DNA from: Campylobacterales bacterium
Lineage (GTDB): Bacteria; Campylobacterota; Campylobacteria; Campylobacterales; QNZT01
DNA length: 52,491 nucleotides
Reading direction: 5' to 3'
Assembly (NCBI GenBank): GCA_027084135.1
Contig: JALWLO010000143.1
Coordinates: 24,523 to 77,013 of the forward strand
In this document: positions 28,390 to 37,096 of the stretch, piece by piece
Layout of the letters: every line of letters starts with the position of its first letter
Position numbering within the stretch: the first letter of the stretch is position 1
The notes under the pieces: generated by a model
What the model saw: only the letters and a program-made list of their open reading frames with translations
What the model was told of the DNA's origin: nothing
Database searches by the model: none
Translations under genes and position numbers: made by a program

Positions 28390-28408
28390 CTAAGTTGCAC
28401 CGACTTAG
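28390..28408. promoter_or_regulatory. HAIR-like inverted repeat, candidate heat-shock repressor operator upstream of hsp20
   Basis: The sequence is CTAAGT-N7-ACTTAG. It lies just upstream of the extended -10 TGTAAAAT (28419-28426) and the hsp20 ATG at 28460. Its geometry resembles the HspR operator CTTGAGT-N7-ACTCAAG. Confidence 0.35.
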
Positions 28409-28418
28409 CACATTATCA

Positions 28419-28426
28419 TGTAAAAT
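28419..28426 (+). promoter_or_regulatory. extended -10 promoter element for the hsp20 pair
   Basis: TGTAAAAT lies 34 nt upstream of the ATG. The RBS AAGGAGG is at 28448-28454. Confidence 0.4.
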
Positions 28427-28459
28427 AGCAACAAACAAAGATGCATAAAGGAGGTTAAG

Positions 28460-28903
28460 ATGCTAATCCAAAGATTTGATCCGTTCAAAGAGTTCAATGA
28501 GTTGAGAAAAAGTTTTGAGCAAGTAAGCAGAGCGTTCAATGCCCTGGAAGAGGGAGAGTTACCAAAAGATCTCCAGTTTGTTCCAGCAGTTAATACACGC
28601 GAGGGGGATAAAGCCTACTATATAGAGGTGGATCTTCCCGGAGTGAAAAAAGAGGATATCAAGATAGATGTACATGACAATATCCTCACTGTTAGCGGAG
28701 AGAGAAAGATCAAAGAGGAGAGAAAGGATGATGACTTTTACCGTGTAGAGAGTCTCTATGGCAAATTTGAGAGAAGCTTTACACTTCCAGATGATGTAGA
28801 TAGTGATAAAATTGAGGCAAAAGATGAGAACGGAGTATTGTTGATCACGATACCAAAAGCGGTCAAAGTCGATAAAGGTCCGAGGAAAATTAAAATTAAG
28901 TAA
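28460..28903 (+). CDS. small heat-shock protein, Hsp20/alpha-crystallin family
   Basis: The 147 aa product has alpha-crystallin domain motifs: YYIEVDLPGVKKEDIKIDV, LTVSGERK and GVLLITIPK. Confidence 0.9.
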   Translation: MLIQRFDPFKEFNELRKSFEQVSRAFNALEEGELPKDLQFVPAVNTREGDKAYYIEVDLPGVKKEDIKIDVHDNILTVSGERKIKEERKDDDFYRVESLYGKFERSFTLPDDVDSDKIEAKDENGVLLITIPKAVKVDKGPRKIKIK

Positions 28904-28929
28904 AAATAAAGGAAAAAAAGGAGGGTGCC

Positions 28930-29361
28930 ATGAGCAAAACAAAACAAGAGTTACAAAATGTTGAGAAGAAAGTTGAAAAGGGTATCGTAGAGGGTGTCAA
29001 ACATCTCAAAGAGACACTCTCAAATGTGGCGAGTCATCTGCCGTTTGCAAACTTAGCACACAATAAAAAAACAGATACTTTTACGATAGAGATCGATCTA
29101 CCGGGAGTGAAAAAGAAGGATATCAATGTCAGCATAGAGGGAGATTATCTCACGGTAACTGCAGAGAGAAAGATGCAAGAGGAGGTCAAGAAAGAGGATT
29201 ATTACCTCATGGAAAGTGCTTACGGTAAATATGCTAGAAGCTTCTATCTCTCTGATGATATCGATCGTGACTCGATAGATGCTCGTTTTGAAAACGGTCG
29301 TTTAACGATCACATTTGAAAAAGTACCTGAAAAGAAAAGAAGAGACATTGCAGTAAAATAG
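28930..29361 (+). CDS. small heat-shock protein, Hsp20 family (second paralogue)
   Basis: The 143 aa product contains FTIEIDLPGVKKKDINVSIEGDYLTVTAERK and GRLTITFEK. A strong RBS, AAAGGAGGG, precedes it. Confidence 0.85.
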   Translation: MSKTKQELQNVEKKVEKGIVEGVKHLKETLSNVASHLPFANLAHNKKTDTFTIEIDLPGVKKKDINVSIEGDYLTVTAERKMQEEVKKEDYYLMESAYGKYARSFYLSDDIDRDSIDARFENGRLTITFEKVPEKKRRDIAVK

Positions 29362-29383
29362 GAGAGCTAAGTGATTAGCTCTC
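29362..29383. terminator. bidirectional hairpin terminator between convergent genes
   Basis: The sequence is GAGAGCTAA-GTGA-TTAGCTCTC, a perfect 9-bp stem. It begins immediately after the hsp20 stop. Confidence 0.6.
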
Positions 29384-29393
29384 TTATGAATGA

Positions 29394-29690
29394 CTACTGA
29401 TCATCTCTATAGACATCGGTAATGTCAAAATCATACTCCGGCTCTATCACAGGTATTTTATCAAGCGATTTGGGATCAACCTCTACGGCAGAGAAGTTAT
29501 ACTCATCAGAGTTATAAAACTTCTGCTCTTTTGCATATTTTTTCTCTCGCTCCATCTGCTCTTTGATATGCTTATCTATTTTATTTTTTACTTGATCATT
29601 TTGTCTCTTTATTTGTGTTCTATTGGAGTCGGCATAGGAGAGAGATGAAATCAATATCGTTAAAACGATAGTATAAATCAATTTTTTCAT
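29394..29690 (-). CDS. small secreted protein, unknown function
   Basis: The 98 aa product has a signal peptide ending SYA. The mature part is Lys/Glu-rich. Confidence 0.45.
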   Translation of the reverse strand: MKKLIYTIVLTILISSLSYADSNRTQIKRQNDQVKNKIDKHIKEQMEREKKYAKEQKFYNSDEYNFSAVEVDPKSLDKIPVIEPEYDFDITDVYRDDQ

Positions 29691-29763
29691 AATATAACCT
29701 TATGATTATTATTTTCCTACTGAAATTATACCATAAATATCCAATTTGTGTTATACTCTATGT

Positions 29764-30051
29764 ATGCCGAAAATGAGACTGAACAAAGAAACATTGAAGA
29801 GAGTGCTTCAAAATATAAAACCTCAAAAGAGTATCTGGGGATTTTTAGGAGTCATACTCTTTTTTATTGCACCGGAAATTGTGGCATTTATCTACGGAGG
29901 GGATATCACAAACTTTTGTGAAGCCAAACTCAAATGCGACCTACCTTATGCCGAGCAATATCTCTACGAAAATATCGAGATGTTTTTCGGTGAGGGGAGT
30001 TGGTTAAACCTCACGCTAGGTTTTGTCTTTCTGATTTGGCTCTTTTTTTAA
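29764..30051 (+). CDS. small membrane protein, unknown function
   Basis: The product has two hydrophobic segments. I chose the ATG at 29764. The track ORF starts at TTG 29746, which lies inside a TGTTATACT extended -10-like element. Confidence 0.4.
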   Translation: MPKMRLNKETLKRVLQNIKPQKSIWGFLGVILFFIAPEIVAFIYGGDITNFCEAKLKCDLPYAEQYLYENIEMFFGEGSWLNLTLGFVFLIWLFF

Positions 30052-30095
30052 TAAACAATAGACTATAATCACCCAAAAACTCAAGGGTATGTTAG

Positions 30096-31274
30096 ATGCA
30101 AACGGAAAATCTACTCTCAAACAGGGCAAATTGTCTCTCTCCATCACTCACGATCGCTATCACGACTTTAGCGCTAGATCTGAAAGCGCAAGGTGAAGAT
30201 ATACTCAGTTTTTCTGCCGGAGAACCGGACTTCGACACCCCACAAGCCATAAAAGATGCGGCAAAAAAAGCTATCGACGAAGGTTTTACGAAGTATACGG
30301 CGATTCCAGGAATTATCGAGCTTAGAGAAGCGATCGCTGGAAAGCTAAAACGAGAAAACAATCTTGACTACAAAGCTGAAGATATTATAGCCAGTACCGG
30401 TGCAAAGCAGTCGCTTTTTAATCTTTTTCAATGTACCCTCCAAAAGGGAGATGAGGTAATCATCCCGTCACCTTACTGGGTCACCTATCCCGAAGTGGTT
30501 CGATTTTGTGACGCAACTCCTGTTATCGTCGATACAGATGAGCGCAGCGGATTTAAGATGACGGCAGATCAACTAAAAGAGGCGATCACCGACAAAACCA
30601 AAATGGTCGTACTCACCTCTCCATCCAACCCCACCGGATCACTCTACTCCAAAAAAGAGCTCGAGGAGATCGCTGAAGTCTTAAAAGATAGCGATATCAT
30701 CGTAGTTGCGGATGAGATGTACGAGAAACTGGTCTATGATGTAGAGTTTACCGCAGCGGCAAGCATCAGTAAAGATATGTTTCAAAGAACTGTGACGGTA
30801 AACGGACTCAGTAAGTCTGTTGCGATGACCGGCTGGAGATTCGGCTACCTTGCCACTCCAAACAGAGAGCTGATAGCCGCTATGAACAGACTTCAAAGCC
30901 AAAGCACCTCAAATATGTGTACTATCACCCAAAAAGCCGCTATCCCGGCACTTGACGGAAGTGTCGATGAGGAGATAGAGAAGATGAGAGTAGAGTTTCA
31001 AAAGAGGAGAGATCTAGCGGTCGAGCTCTTTAACCAAAGTGATAAACTATCGGTGCTAAAACCTGACGGCGCCTTTTATCTCTTTGTCAATATCAAAAAG
31101 GTAACCGATAACTCTATGGAGTTTTGTAAAAAACTTCTCAAAGAGGAGAAGGTTGCCGTAGTGCCAGGTGTTGGATTTGGTACTGACGGATACTTTCGAT
31201 TCTCTTTTGCTACAAGTGAAGAGAATATCAAAAAAGGGATCGAAAAGATCATCAGATTCTGCGAAAACTACTAA
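30096..31274 (+). CDS. aspartate/aromatic aminotransferase, class I
   Basis: The 392 aa product contains LSFSAGEPDFDTP, and the PLP-lysine motif SKSVAMTGWRFGY. Confidence 0.85.
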   Translation: MQTENLLSNRANCLSPSLTIAITTLALDLKAQGEDILSFSAGEPDFDTPQAIKDAAKKAIDEGFTKYTAIPGIIELREAIAGKLKRENNLDYKAEDIIASTGAKQSLFNLFQCTLQKGDEVIIPSPYWVTYPEVVRFCDATPVIVDTDERSGFKMTADQLKEAITDKTKMVVLTSPSNPTGSLYSKKELEEIAEVLKDSDIIVVADEMYEKLVYDVEFTAAASISKDMFQRTVTVNGLSKSVAMTGWRFGYLATPNRELIAAMNRLQSQSTSNMCTITQKAAIPALDGSVDEEIEKMRVEFQKRRDLAVELFNQSDKLSVLKPDGAFYLFVNIKKVTDNSMEFCKKLLKEEKVAVVPGVGFGTDGYFRFSFATSEENIKKGIEKIIRFCENY

Positions 31275-31417
31275 ATAATCAGGGGGGACTATCCCCTACA
31301 CTACTATATTTCTAAGAATATGTTTTACTTCAAATATAAAATTTTTTCAATAAACACCGATATAACACAAAATAATTTCATAAATTTTTATAAATTTCAT
31401 TTTAAAGGAAAAATAAA

Positions 31418-31963
31418 ATGAACCAAAGGCGTGAATTTTTAAAAAAGAGTGTACTTATAGGAAGTTCACTGCTTGTAAGTCCATATGAACTCTTTGCCTA
31501 CAGATTACCGGTAGATAGGGAGATAAAGCTCTATAATGTCCATACGGGTGAGCATTTAAGGGCGACATACTGGTCGAAAGATCACTTTGTTCAAAGCGAG
31601 ATTGATAGGATAAACTACTTTTTAAGAGACTTTCGAACCGGCGAAGTCAAAGAGATGGATATCAAACTGCTGGATCTTTTATATGCGATACAGCTTATCA
31701 GAGATACCGATAGACCGTTTCAGGTACTCTCAGGCTATAGATCCAAAAAAACCAATGAGATGCTAAGGAAACATAGTGAAAGTGTTGCTAAAAATAGCTT
31801 CCACATCAAAGCAAAAGCGATCGATATCAATCTTCCGGGAACGCAACTCAAAGATCTCAAAAAGTTGGCAAAGTTTTTAAGAAGAGGCGGCGTCGGATAC
31901 TATCCGAAAAATGGATTTATGCATATCGATACTGGACCTATCAGATATTGGCAAAAGGGTTAA
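31418..31963 (+). CDS. Tat-exported DUF882 / peptidase M15A family murein endopeptidase-like protein
   Basis: The 181 aa product has the twin-arginine signal QRREFLKK. It also carries SGYRSKKTN, HIKAKAIDI and GFMHIDTG metal-ligand motifs. Confidence 0.75.
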   Translation: MNQRREFLKKSVLIGSSLLVSPYELFAYRLPVDREIKLYNVHTGEHLRATYWSKDHFVQSEIDRINYFLRDFRTGEVKEMDIKLLDLLYAIQLIRDTDRPFQVLSGYRSKKTNEMLRKHSESVAKNSFHIKAKAIDINLPGTQLKDLKKLAKFLRRGGVGYYPKNGFMHIDTGPIRYWQKG

Positions 31964-32029
31964 AGCCGGTATTTTGGTTAAATTTTTTTTGCTATCATTT
32001 GAGATATTATTTACATACAAAGGAAAACA

Positions 32030-32620
32030 ATGAAGAGAGTTTTTTCATTTATAGCGGCATCCGTTATCGTACTAAACGCATTTGAGTTACCTAAAAGTCT
32101 CTATAAAAGTAGTACGAAGATAACTATAGAGAGCAACTACGAGATATTTAAACTGATACAAGATACCAAAAAAGCCATAGAGTTAAATCAAAGCGATCAA
32201 GCGAAAGAGCTTTTAGTCAAAGCATTGAAAAAGGCTGCCTACTCCAAATCGGAGAAAAACATCTCCCAATATGACTACCTGTTTGCCAACTATACACTTT
32301 TAGCGCTACTAGACAAAGAGAAAGAGGCTGAAGCCTATAAAAAGTTGGCAAAAAAGGTGATAAGGTTTTTAGACACTACGACCAACGGAGGTAAAGATAT
32401 CTGGGAAGAGGGAGATCTTGGGAAGTTCCAGCTAAGAGTCTATAAAGATCTATCGCTCAATCTTGCAAAACTCTACTACAAAGAGTCAAACGGCGATGAT
32501 ACAAAAGTGCTCAAACAAGCTTTGAAATATGTAAATATCGCTATCAAATTTGCAGGTGAAGATGACGCCCAGGCAAAAGAGCTCAAAAACTCCATCATGG
32601 AGGCTCTCAAGAAAAATTAG
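32030..32620 (+). CDS. secreted helical protein, unknown function
   Basis: The 196 aa product has a signal peptide and Lys/Ala/Glu-rich helical repeats. Its stop TAG lies inside a palindrome copy. Confidence 0.45.
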   Translation: MKRVFSFIAASVIVLNAFELPKSLYKSSTKITIESNYEIFKLIQDTKKAIELNQSDQAKELLVKALKKAAYSKSEKNISQYDYLFANYTLLALLDKEKEAEAYKKLAKKVIRFLDTTTNGGKDIWEEGDLGKFQLRVYKDLSLNLAKLYYKESNGDDTKVLKQALKYVNIAIKFAGEDDAQAKELKNSIMEALKKN

Positions 32621-32638
32621 TACTAACTTTAGTACTAA
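32617..32638. repeat. tandem pair of TTAGTACTAA separated by 2 nt
   Basis: The sequence is TTAGTACTAA-CT-TTAGTACTAA. Each unit is a palindrome, so the pair can also fold as a hairpin. It lies downstream of the gene ending at 32620. Confidence 0.85.
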
Positions 32639-32664
32639 TGGTGTATCGGTTGATAAAGTTTAGA

Positions 32665-32686
32665 TATAATTAACCCAAAATTTGGG
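32665..32686. promoter_or_regulatory. -10 box followed by short palindromic element R3 (operator-like) upstream of the efflux operon
   Basis: TATAAT (32665-32670) directly abuts TAACCCAAAATTTGGG (32671-32686). The same 15-mer, TAACCCAAAATTTGG, recurs at 41911. Confidence 0.4.
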
Positions 32687-32717
32687 ACCAACCAAACATT
32701 TATATGGAGTAAAATCA

Positions 32718-33842
32718 ATGAAAAAAGCCGGTACGCTTCTTATCTTAGTACTAACGATATTTTTCATCTGGAAACTCTACAGCTATCTTAACTATCGATA
32801 TGAAAATGCCGTTAGTGATGCCGCCTTTGTTAAAAGTGACGCTATCTATAGAGTCTCATTTAAGGTCGGTGGAAAAATAGAGAAGCTCTACAAAAATGAG
32901 GGTGATCGCGTTAAAAAGGGTGAAGTTCTTGCCAAGATCGATCCGACTGATCTCAATATCGCAAAAGATGAACTTGCCCATACCATAAACTCCCTCCAAG
33001 CAAAGTATAACGCGCTCAAACAAAAAAGAGAGCGCCTCTACCAAGAGCTTGGGATAAAAAGCGACATCTCTAAAAACAATATCTCCGTTAGCGACTCCAA
33101 AGAAGAAGCCCTAAGATATAAGGTCAAATCCCTTGAAGCAAATCTCCAAAAACTCTCAAAAGATCAAGCAAGATACCAAAAACTTTTAAGACAAAAGCTC
33201 ATTAGCGCATCCGACTTTGAGAGTATCGACACCAAGTACAAAAGCCTCAAAGAACAGGTACAAAGCGCTCAAAAAGAACTCGACTCCTATATAAAGTCGA
33301 TCCAAAATGTAAAATTTTCCCACCATCTCAGCAAGCTGGAGGAGACTCAGGTCAAAGAGCTTGACTTTTCACTAAAGTCTCTGGAAGAGAGTATCAAAGC
33401 AAGTCAAGATAGACTAAAAGCGTTAAACAATAAAATCACCTACACCGCTCTCATCTCACCGATAGAGGGAGTGATAGCCAAAAGATTTATAAATCCCGGA
33501 AGCGTCGTTGAGCAGGGAACCCCGATCTACGCGGTAGTCGATACAAACAACAAACATGTAGAGGTTTTACTCTCAGAAAAGAAGCTGGAGGGGGTAAAAG
33601 TCGGAAATAGCGTCAAGATCACCACCGATGCAAATGATAAAGCGTACAAGGGAGAGGTTGAGAGTATATTGCCTACTTCCGCTTCCACTTTCTCTTTAGT
33701 ACCGAGAGATATAGCTAGCGGAGAGTTTACGAAACTGGATCAAAGGTTTATCGTTAGGATCGCCCTAAAAGAGGATCAAGATCAGTTAAAAGATCTGCTT
33801 ATCGGCATGGGAGCAACGGTAGCTATCCAAAGGAGCAAATAG
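32718..33842 (+). CDS. HlyD/EmrA-family membrane fusion protein
   Basis: The product has an N-terminal anchor, a lipoyl-like GDRVKKGEVLAKIDPTDL and a long coiled coil. I chose the ATG at 32718 after GGAG. The track starts at TTG 32682, inside the repeat. Confidence 0.85.
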   Translation: MKKAGTLLILVLTIFFIWKLYSYLNYRYENAVSDAAFVKSDAIYRVSFKVGGKIEKLYKNEGDRVKKGEVLAKIDPTDLNIAKDELAHTINSLQAKYNALKQKRERLYQELGIKSDISKNNISVSDSKEEALRYKVKSLEANLQKLSKDQARYQKLLRQKLISASDFESIDTKYKSLKEQVQSAQKELDSYIKSIQNVKFSHHLSKLEETQVKELDFSLKSLEESIKASQDRLKALNNKITYTALISPIEGVIAKRFINPGSVVEQGTPIYAVVDTNNKHVEVLLSEKKLEGVKVGNSVKITTDANDKAYKGEVESILPTSASTFSLVPRDIASGEFTKLDQRFIVRIALKEDQDQLKDLLIGMGATVAIQRSK

Positions 33843-33844
33843 CA

Positions 33845-35377
33845 ATGGCAAAATCTTGGGAGATCTCCTCCAAAGAGAGAGCACTCTTTACCTTTATCGT
33901 GATGCTGGGAGCTTTCATGGCGATACTCGATACTACCGTCGTAGATGTGATAGTGCCGAAACTCACCGGACCCCTCTCAACCGATCTCTACGGTGTACAG
34001 TGGATCATCACCTCCTATATGGTCTCCGCCGCTATCGCCCTTTTGGTTACAGAGTATCTCATCAAACGATTTGGCTCCAAAGCGGTATATATAGCCGGTA
34101 TTTCACTCTTTTGGAGTGCCTCTTTGATCTGCGGCCTCTCAAACGATCTCTCCACGATCATCATCGCAAGGATCGTTCAAGGATTTGGCGAAGCACTTAT
34201 CATGGTAACCAGTCATATCATGGTATTTTCCTACTTTCCGCCCGATAAGCAGGGTCTGGCGATGGGTATTTTTGCTCTTGGGGTGAGTTTCGCTCCCGCT
34301 CTGGGTCCTACCATCGGCGGATACTTGACTGAGTACTACAACTGGAGGATGGTCTTTTTTATCAATGTTCCCATAGGTATACTCTTAACGCTGGCAGCCC
34401 TCCTCTATCTACCCAAAGATAGGGAGTTGAAAAAGTTGCCCTTTAACTTTGTAAGCTTTGTGCTTATCAGTATCGCTACGATCTCACTTTTGATCATGCT
34501 CTCCAAAGGACAGCAAAGGGGCTGGTTTGGGGATGAGTTGATCGGAACACTTCTCTTTGTCTCTATCATCTCATTTTTACTCTATGGGCTTAGTGAACTT
34601 CATAGCAGACACAGGCTCATCGACTTTAGCCTCTTTCAAAATCCCGACTTTACAAACGGGATACTCATCTACTTCTTTATACTCGGCTTTTCGATGTATC
34701 AATACTTCTATCTGCTACCCATCTACTATGAGCATATCAAGATGTTGCCGACGCTTGATGCGGGGATAGCAGTATTTGCTTTTGCCCTCTTTATCGGTAT
34801 ATTTTCGCCCGTTGCGGGGATCATGAGCGATAAGATCGGAGCGAAAAAGACAGTAGCTATAGCGGCAGTCATCTATATCTTTTCGGCTCTCTTTATACTC
34901 CCCTCACTCAACTACTACACTCCGCTCCATCAAGCGATGCTTCTTACCGTGCCTTTTGGGATAGGGATGGGGATGTTTTTCGCACCGGTTACGGTACTAC
35001 TACTTCAAAGTGCACCAAGTGATAAGGGAGAACTTGCGATCGTTTTGATGGACTATTTTCGATTTGTGGGCGGAAGCTTTGGAACGGCGATCGCTACGAA
35101 TAACATGGAGTATTTTAAAGCGATGCACCACCTAAGGATGAATGAGTTGCAAGAGTACGCTACGATAAATGACTTTATAGAGAGCTTCATGGAGCAGACA
35201 TTCTCAACGCTTTCACAAGCAAAAGTGGCATTTGAAAACTATGAACTCTTTATGAGCTACAACTACGGCTTTTACAACACCTTCATGCATGCGGGTTTTT
35301 GGGGGCTCTTTGGCTCACTATTTGTGATCACACTCTTTATCTTCAAGGGTAAAGCGTTACAGGGGAGTAAGGGATGA
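33845..35377 (+). CDS. MFS drug efflux transporter, DHA2 (EmrB/QacA, 14-TMS) family
   Basis: The 510 aa product has about 14 hydrophobic segments. It lies directly after the membrane fusion protein gene. Confidence 0.8.
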   Translation: MAKSWEISSKERALFTFIVMLGAFMAILDTTVVDVIVPKLTGPLSTDLYGVQWIITSYMVSAAIALLVTEYLIKRFGSKAVYIAGISLFWSASLICGLSNDLSTIIIARIVQGFGEALIMVTSHIMVFSYFPPDKQGLAMGIFALGVSFAPALGPTIGGYLTEYYNWRMVFFINVPIGILLTLAALLYLPKDRELKKLPFNFVSFVLISIATISLLIMLSKGQQRGWFGDELIGTLLFVSIISFLLYGLSELHSRHRLIDFSLFQNPDFTNGILIYFFILGFSMYQYFYLLPIYYEHIKMLPTLDAGIAVFAFALFIGIFSPVAGIMSDKIGAKKTVAIAAVIYIFSALFILPSLNYYTPLHQAMLLTVPFGIGMGMFFAPVTVLLLQSAPSDKGELAIVLMDYFRFVGGSFGTAIATNNMEYFKAMHHLRMNELQEYATINDFIESFMEQTFSTLSQAKVAFENYELFMSYNYGFYNTFMHAGFWGLFGSLFVITLFIFKGKALQGSKG

Positions 35378-36672
35378 GATATATTGTATTAGTACTAATA
35401 CCGATGCTACTCTTTGGAGAGGATCTAGCTACTTTGTTAAGATCCCTAGATCAAAATCTACTTCTACAATCCAAAGAGCAGGAGATCGTAGCAAAAAAGA
35501 GACTTTTTGAAGCCACCAAAGGTAAAAACTACCCGTCGTTAGATCTCAAAGCAACCGCAACGATGCTAAAAGATGATCCTACCGCCAATTTGCATCTTCC
35601 AATAGGTACTATGCCACCCGCTATCAAAATGGGCAAACGAGAAAATTTTGATGCCGAGATTGACCTAACTTACCCGATATTTAGCGGTTTTGCCATAGAT
35701 TCACTCATCAAAAGGTCAAAACTTGAGTATGAACAAAGCAGACTACAAAAGAGTGATCTCAAAAGAAAACTCTATATGAAAGTGATATCCCTCTACACCA
35801 CCGTTTATAGTCTAAATCGACAGCTTTTAGCTCAAAAAGAGGCAATCAACGCTACGCAAAAATCATACAAAAAAGCAAAAGGCTTTTACCAAGCTCAAAC
35901 AATCAATTTGGCGGAACTCTCAAATATCGAGGCGAAGCTCTATGAGTTAAAAGCCGGTTACGAACTTTTAAAAAGCAAAAGAGATGAGGCACTTGAGATG
36001 CTCTCATATTTCGTGAATAAAAAGATAACACAGATCGGCTCTCTTCCAAAGATCGATCTCCCTTCCAAAGACAACATTACCAAAACCGCTCTAAATAACA
36101 GAGAGGATATCTTAGTACTAAAAAAACTTCTCGAGATAGATAGCGTCGATATAGACCTTGCCAAAAGTAAAAACTACCCTACCCTTGCACTGGTAGGAGC
36201 ACTCAAAACACACGGCGATGATCTGAAGTTTTACGGAGACGGTTACACCAATCCAAACAAAAGCTATATCGGTGCGGCTTTGAATTATAAGCTATTTGAC
36301 GGATTTGAGACCAAACAGAAGATAGAGGTGACAAAGGCAAAAAGGTTGGCAAGGATTTTATACTTTAAGGACTATCAAAACAGCATAAAAGCAACACTCA
36401 GATCCAAACTGCTCTATCTCAAGGCACTAAAGAGTGAACTAAGGGCAAAACGGGGTCAGTTAAAGGCACAAAATAGCTACTATAAGCTCACTTACGGAAG
36501 GTTTATCAACCATCTTGCATCAAGCGATGAGTTAAGCAGAGCGATCGCCGCCAAAGCCGTAGCAAAAGCGAGCTATCACCAAATCGAGGCGAAGATATTT
36601 GAACAAAAGGCTTTGATACTGCTTGAGAGTTCGTTGAAAAAGTTTTCAAAATACTTTTTTACTAACAATTAA
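35374..36672 (+). CDS. TolC-like outer-membrane efflux protein
   Basis: The 432 aa product has a signal peptide and two repeats of the OEP helical/beta architecture. Its ATG overlaps the upstream TGA. Confidence 0.75.
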   Translation: MRYIVLVLIPMLLFGEDLATLLRSLDQNLLLQSKEQEIVAKKRLFEATKGKNYPSLDLKATATMLKDDPTANLHLPIGTMPPAIKMGKRENFDAEIDLTYPIFSGFAIDSLIKRSKLEYEQSRLQKSDLKRKLYMKVISLYTTVYSLNRQLLAQKEAINATQKSYKKAKGFYQAQTINLAELSNIEAKLYELKAGYELLKSKRDEALEMLSYFVNKKITQIGSLPKIDLPSKDNITKTALNNREDILVLKKLLEIDSVDIDLAKSKNYPTLALVGALKTHGDDLKFYGDGYTNPNKSYIGAALNYKLFDGFETKQKIEVTKAKRLARILYFKDYQNSIKATLRSKLLYLKALKSELRAKRGQLKAQNSYYKLTYGRFINHLASSDELSRAIAAKAVAKASYHQIEAKIFEQKALILLESSLKKFSKYFFTNN

Positions 36673-36694
36673 GCGTAGTAAAAGTATTTTATGA

Positions 36695-36700
36695 TAAAAT
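36695..36700 (+). promoter_or_regulatory. extended -10 candidate for rpsU
   Basis: TGATAAAAT (36692-36700) lies about 39 nt upstream of the rpsU ATG. Confidence 0.35.
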
Positions 36701-36738
36701 TGGCGTTTTAAAATCTAAAAAGAAAGTGGGTGATTTAG

Positions 36739-36951
36739 ATGCCGGGTATTATTGTAAAACCTAGTGAATCTTTTGAAGAAGCATATAGAAGATTCAAAAA
36801 GCAGGTCGATAGAAACTTGATAGTGACTGAAAAGAGAGCTAGACAGTTCTATGAAACCGGAACAGAGAGGCGAAAGAAACAGAAAATCGCCGCTAGGAAA
36901 AAGATGCTTAAAAAGCTCTATATGCTTAGAAGATACGAGTCTAGACTATAA
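36739..36951 (+). CDS. rpsU: 30S ribosomal protein S21
   Basis: The 70 aa product starts [22 protein letters not shown], the canonical S21 sequence. Confidence 0.95.
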   Translation: MPGIIVKPSESFEEAYRRFKKQVDRNLIVTEKRARQFYETGTERRKKQKIAARKKMLKKLYMLRRYESRL

Positions 36952-36990
36952 CGCGGCTTCGATAGGGGGAACTCTCCTCTTATCTAAACT

Positions 36991-37034
36991 TCAACCTAAA
37001 TTTTGCATTAGCCGATACATCATTTGGGTTCAAC
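36991..37034. repeat. intergenic palindromic element, long copy R2
   Basis: The sequence is TCAACCTAAATTTTGCATTAGCC..ATTTGGGTTCAAC. It has the same arm and loop organisation as R1 and the identical 16-mer at 36998-37013. Confidence 0.75.
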
Positions 37035-37096
37035 TCTCTTTAACAAAAATCTCAATAAAATCAATATATAAAATTTTCCTACTATGAGGTACAAAG

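Noticed and set aside
28375-28400. A sigma-54 promoter (TGGCAC-N5-TTGCA) using the repeated TTGCA motifs upstream of hsp20.
   Set aside because: No GG dinucleotide lies at the required -24 position relative to any of the TTGCA elements. The best candidate reads TTGCAA instead of TGGCAC.
28400-28412. A CIRCE (HrcA) operator, suggested by TTAGCAC upstream of hsp20.
   Set aside because: Only one half-site-like heptamer is present. There is no GAGTGCTAA partner 9 nt away.
27990-28459. A structured RNA gene (tmRNA, SRP RNA, RNase P, 6S) or a tRNA in the long ORF-free regions 27990-28459, 31275-31417, 37505-37713 and 52245-52354.
   Set aside because: These regions are very AT-rich. I could find no cloverleaf arms, no GGGG..ACCA ends, no tag-peptide frame and no conserved SRP or RNase P motifs. 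They look like promoter or control regions.
31277-31300. The GGGGA-CTA-TCCCC hairpin after the aminotransferase gene as a rho-independent terminator.
   Set aside because: The stem is only 5 bp and no T-tract follows. This is too weak to report as a feature.
32682-32717. N-terminal extensions in the ORF track that use upstream TTG or GTG starts. Affected genes are 32682 HlyD, 41879 trxA, 39859 sufD, 41545 sufT, 10452 ridA, 52244 ndk, 51832 yceD, 23790 and 29746.
   Set aside because: In each case an internal ATG with a proper Shine-Dalgarno sequence matches the usual N-terminus of the family. The extension would run through intergenic repeats, promoters or the upstream gene.
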